A stretch of 64,000 nt of DNA. It comes from Raja brachyura (lineage: Eukaryota). Where the stretch lies: positions 60,822,001-60,886,000 of the forward strand of contig OY740785.1 of NCBI GenBank assembly GCA_963514005.1, in the 5' to 3' direction. Positions 60,150 to 64,000 of the stretch are shown in pieces. Below the pieces are notes generated by a model. It ran no database searches. It was not told the DNA's origin and saw only the letters and a program-made list of their open reading frames with translations. Positions within the stretch are counted from its first letter, which is position 1, and each line of letters starts with the position of its first letter. The position numbers and the translations under genes were made by a program.

Positions 60150-62262
60150 GTGATTAATTCAAGAATCTGATTGCCATGGGGAAGAAACTTTGTGTCTGGA
60201 TATCTGAGCTTTTAAGCCTTTGTATCTTCTCCTAGAAGGTAGAAGAGAGAAAAAAGAAGGACCGAGGTGTCAGCCATCCTTGCTAATACTTCCACCCTTC
60301 TTGATGCAACGCACTGTGACAATGGAAATAAGTGACGTGCCTGTGATGGGAAGGGCTGTGTTCAAGAGACCCTGCAGGTTCAACCAAGGTCTGCCTGTGA
60401 AGAGTACAGTGGTTGCCATACCTGGGTGAGGTGCATCACATCAGAGTAGTTTTTATGATGCATTCGTAGAAGATGGAGAGAATTTTTGGGTGAATATCCT
60501 GATGTATTTTCTTGATTACAGTGTGAAGGGATAAGGTTAGGTTGCTGGTGATACCGATACTCAAGAACCTGAAGCTGTTAACCATTTCTGCAGCAACAAT
60601 ATTGATGAGGGCCAGGTTGTGTTCACCCCTGCACTTTCCTATCTCAATAATCAACTCCTTCCTCTTACTGACGTTATAGGTTAGATTTTCGTCCTGACAC
60701 CATGGCACATGGTCCTCGAAGAGTATGGATTAACGGGTCCCTTTCAGAATGTCAGGCAGTGACTAGTGGTGTGCTGCAAGGCTCGGTGCTGGGACCACAG
60801 CTATTTATAATATATATTAATGATTTAGATGAAGGGATTAAAAGTAACATTAGCAAATTTGCAGATGACACAAAACTAGGTGGCAGTGTGAACTGTGAGG
60901 AGGATACTATGAGAATGCAGGGTGAGTGGGCAGATGCAGTTTAATTTGGATAAATGTGAGGTTATCCACTTTGGTAGCAAAAACAGGAAGGCAGATTATT
61001 ATCTAAATGGTGTCAAGTTGGTAAAAGGGGAAGTACATTGGGATCTGGGGTTCCTTGTTCATCAGTCACTGAAAGTAAGCATGCAGGTACTGCAGGCAGT
61101 GAAGAAAGCGAATGGCATGTTGGTCTTCATAACAAGAGGAGTTGAGTATAGGAGCAATGAGGTCCTTCTGCAGTTGTACAGGGCCCTAGTGAGATCACAC
61201 CTGGAGTATTGTGTGCAGTTTTGGTCTCCAAATTTCAGAAAGGACATTCTTGCTATTGTAGGTTTACAAGGTTAATTCCCGGGATGGGCGGGACTGTCGT
61301 ATGTTGATAGAATGGAGTGGCTGTATATGCTGGAATTTAGGATGATTATTAATGGTTTGGACATGCTAGAGGCAGGAAACATGTTCCCGATGTTGGGGCA
61401 GAACCAGGGGCCGCAGTTTAAGAATAAGGGATAAGCCATTTGGAACAGAGATGAGGAAATACTTTTTCACACAGAGAGTGGTGAGTCTGTGGAATTCTGG
61501 ATCCCAGTTCTCTGGATGCTCTCAAGAGAGAGTTAGATAGATCTCTTAAAGATAGCGGAGTCAAGGGATATAGGGAGAAGGCAGGAACGGGGTACTGATT
61601 GTGGATGATCATCCATGATCACTTTGAATGGTGATCCAGAGCTGAACATAATGCAAGGGAAATTATGTCCTCCGTAGCCTATTTTTCCTGTATATAGATG
61701 TTCGAGTGGTTGAGATTGTGCAGGAAACTGGGGTAGATATGAGCCATTTTGATTTCTACAATGTACTTAATTGTAGTCGATGTTAGGGCTGCTGGGTTGT
61801 AGTCATTGAGACAGAACGCCATTATTCTTAGGGACTGGAATAATGGAGGTTTTCTTGAAACAGATTGGGACAATAGACTGTTGAAGTGAGAGGCTGAAGA
61901 TATTGGTGACGACTAGCCAGTTGACTGGTGTACAATTTCAGGACTCATCCAGGGATCCATTTCAACCAGCCACTTTCAGAGAGTTCACCTTCTCGAGAGC
62001 AGATCTGACTTTGTTTCTGAAATGTACGGGACAGAGCCAGCTCAGTGGAACTTTGTTTGCCTATTCAAAACCGGCGTACTGGGCATTAAGCTAATTTGGT
62101 AGAGATGCAGCTTTCACAGAGATCGCTTTCAATTGGTGCATGTGGTATGTGATGATATTCAGGCCCTGTCTCAGTCGCCTGGCATCCACTTGATTGAATG
62201 AAGTCACCAACTTGTTTTGGAATACTCTCTCGGCATCCCTGATCCCTTGCAGGATCATCCTT
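60150..62262 (-). mobile_element. Decayed Rex1/Babar-like LINE interrupted by a + strand CR1
   Basis: WCQDENLTYNVSKRKELII (60436-60708) and CLNDYNPAALTS (61679-61873) lie on either side of the CR1. Confidence 0.7.
60706..61633 (+). mobile_element. CR1 LINE 3' fragment (subfamily A)
   Basis: [19 protein letters not shown]; KKANGMLVFITRG. Confidence 0.92.
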
Positions 62263-62271
62263 CTTGAAAAT

Positions 62272-62990
62272 CTCAGATAGACACAACATGCTGGGAGTAA
62301 CTGAGTGGAACAGGCAGAACTTTTGCTGGAGAGAAGGAATGGGTGATGTTTCAGGTTGAGACCCTTCTTCAGATTGATGTCAGGGGAGAAAGCAGTACAT
62401 AGATAAGGAAGTGTAAGGTATGAAAATGGGACAGAGAGAATGGAGATCAAGGAAAAGGTAGATTATGGAAAATGTAGAAAAGATTATTGTTAGTTGGGAG
62501 AAAGTAACAACAAAGCAAACAGAGATAAAATGTAGTCTGAGACAGTAAGACTGGTCAAAGAACTGACAAGAAATGGGATGGAGAGGGATGGTGAGAGAGG
62601 GAAAGCAAGGTTACTTGAAGTTAGAGGTCAATGGTCATACCGCTGGGGTGTAAGTTGCTCAAGCGAAATATGAGGTGCTGTTCCTTCAATTTGCGCTGGG
62701 CCTCACTCTGACAATGGAGGAGGTCCAGGACAGAAAAGTCAGTGTGGGAATGAGAGGGGGCATTAAACTGTTTAGGAACCGGGAGATTAGGTAGGTTTAG
62801 GCAAACTGAATGGAGGTGTTCAGCGAAATGATCGCCGAGCCTGTGCTGGGTCTCACCAATACATAGGAGTCCACGCCTGTAACAGTAGATGAGGTTGGAG
62901 GAGGTGCAAGTGAACACTGCCTCTCCTGCAAAGGCCGTCGGAGTCCTTGGACAGAGTCGAGGGGCGATGTATAGGGACAGGTGTCTAAAA
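62272..62990 (-). mobile_element. Penelope-like element 3' part: GIY-YIG endonuclease remnant plus pLTR with decayed hammerhead
   Basis: FTCTSSNLIYC...IGETQHRLGDHFAEH...[14 protein letters not shown]; CTGAAGAAGGGTCTCAACCTGAAAC on minus at ~62347-62371. Confidence 0.85.
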
Positions 62991-64000
62991 CTCAGATCTG
63001 GACTTTATCAGAGAGGGAATCTCCCTGGTCAGCAAGGTCTCTTTATAGGATGGATCTTAATTTTCTTTCTTTCAAGACATTAGTTTTTTGGAAAGAAAAG
63101 CTATTTTATTCATTCAATTTCATATGTTGCCTTGTGGATGGCTGAAAGAATATTGGGTTGTTAATTGATCTACTGCGACAAGTCATGTTGATCTATCTGT
63201 TGAATTTTACTTTTGCTGATATTGCATATTTATCACAGATTCGATGATCTAATGTTATTAAAAGCAAGCAGTCGAAAAAGTCAGCCGCTCACCCGTGTTT
63301 CTTAGTATTGATAACAATTATCCACCAGTTTATAAGTAGGCAGAAAAATTGCATGTTAAGAACTGGCTCTAGAGCCCTAGGCCAAGTAGGTAGTTGAGAA
63401 AAGTACATGAGAGTTCATATTTCTGTCCCAGGAACCCCATCTTCTGGATTGCACATACAAGGCCAGTTTCGCATACAGCTATCCTTGGCAACATAATTGT
63501 GTCGTGTATGGTACAGAAGGATCGCAGTTTAATTAGCAGTTCTGGTAGTTCTGTATCCTTGCATCACATCCTGTTTGTGAAGACCGTAGGAGTTGCTTAT
63601 GAATCTGCCCCCAGTTCATTGTTAATTAGAAATTGAATTGTGACAGGACGGAGAAAATATGTGAAATTTGGTGTGAAGTATGTTCCTTATCTGACAATGG
63701 CAATTGCATTCATGTAACATTGTTCCAGTGCTTTTCAGTTATATTCAAAATAATGGGTTGTGCAGTTGTCTAATAGAAAGATAGAATCATTGAATAACTT
63801 TTAGAGCAGAAATTGATCTAATTGACTAAATTATGGTTTCATCTTGTTTGTCTACAAATGTGCAAGCACAGTATCCTACCGGTGTGACTGGCATAATAGT
63901 GATAAAACAAACATCTGATTTGTTTACTTCTGATGTAAATATCTGCTCTTGAAAAGTGGAGCAGAATGTAAAGCTGGCTCATGGGAGATCTCCGCCACAC

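Overview
Vertebrate nuclear DNA, most likely from a cartilaginous fish (skate/ray/shark; inferred from HE1-type V-SINEs and HER1-type CR1 LINEs). One spliced gene occupies most of the window on the minus strand: GCFC2 (C2orf3/Ntr2-like spliceosome-disassembly factor). I traced 17 coding exons from the ATG at 52028 down to 1847, all with GT-AG boundaries and consistent phases (2489 nt, about 829 codons); the last exon lies left of the window. A second CpG island at about 55.15-55.63 kb probably marks a divergent gene that I cannot identify. The introns are dense with transposons: CR1, Rex1/Babar and L2 LINEs, V-SINEs, two Tc1 elements, a deleted Gypsy provirus, hAT- and pogo-like MITEs, Penelope-like elements with hammerhead-ribozyme cores, three non-autonomous Helitrons and a DIRS1-type retroelement. 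Best leads: (1) a DIRS1 element with perfect replication signals but a deleted RT and decayed ORFs, which suggests a non-autonomous family; (2) a dispersed hammerhead-bearing Penelope repeat whose intact cores are all antisense to the host gene; (3) an unexplained 280-bp cassette of stacked hairpins with a possible pseudoknot beside exon 12; (4) a Helitron cluster whose 3' hairpins co-vary. Repeat boundaries are approximate unless terminal motifs are quoted. No database searches were run.
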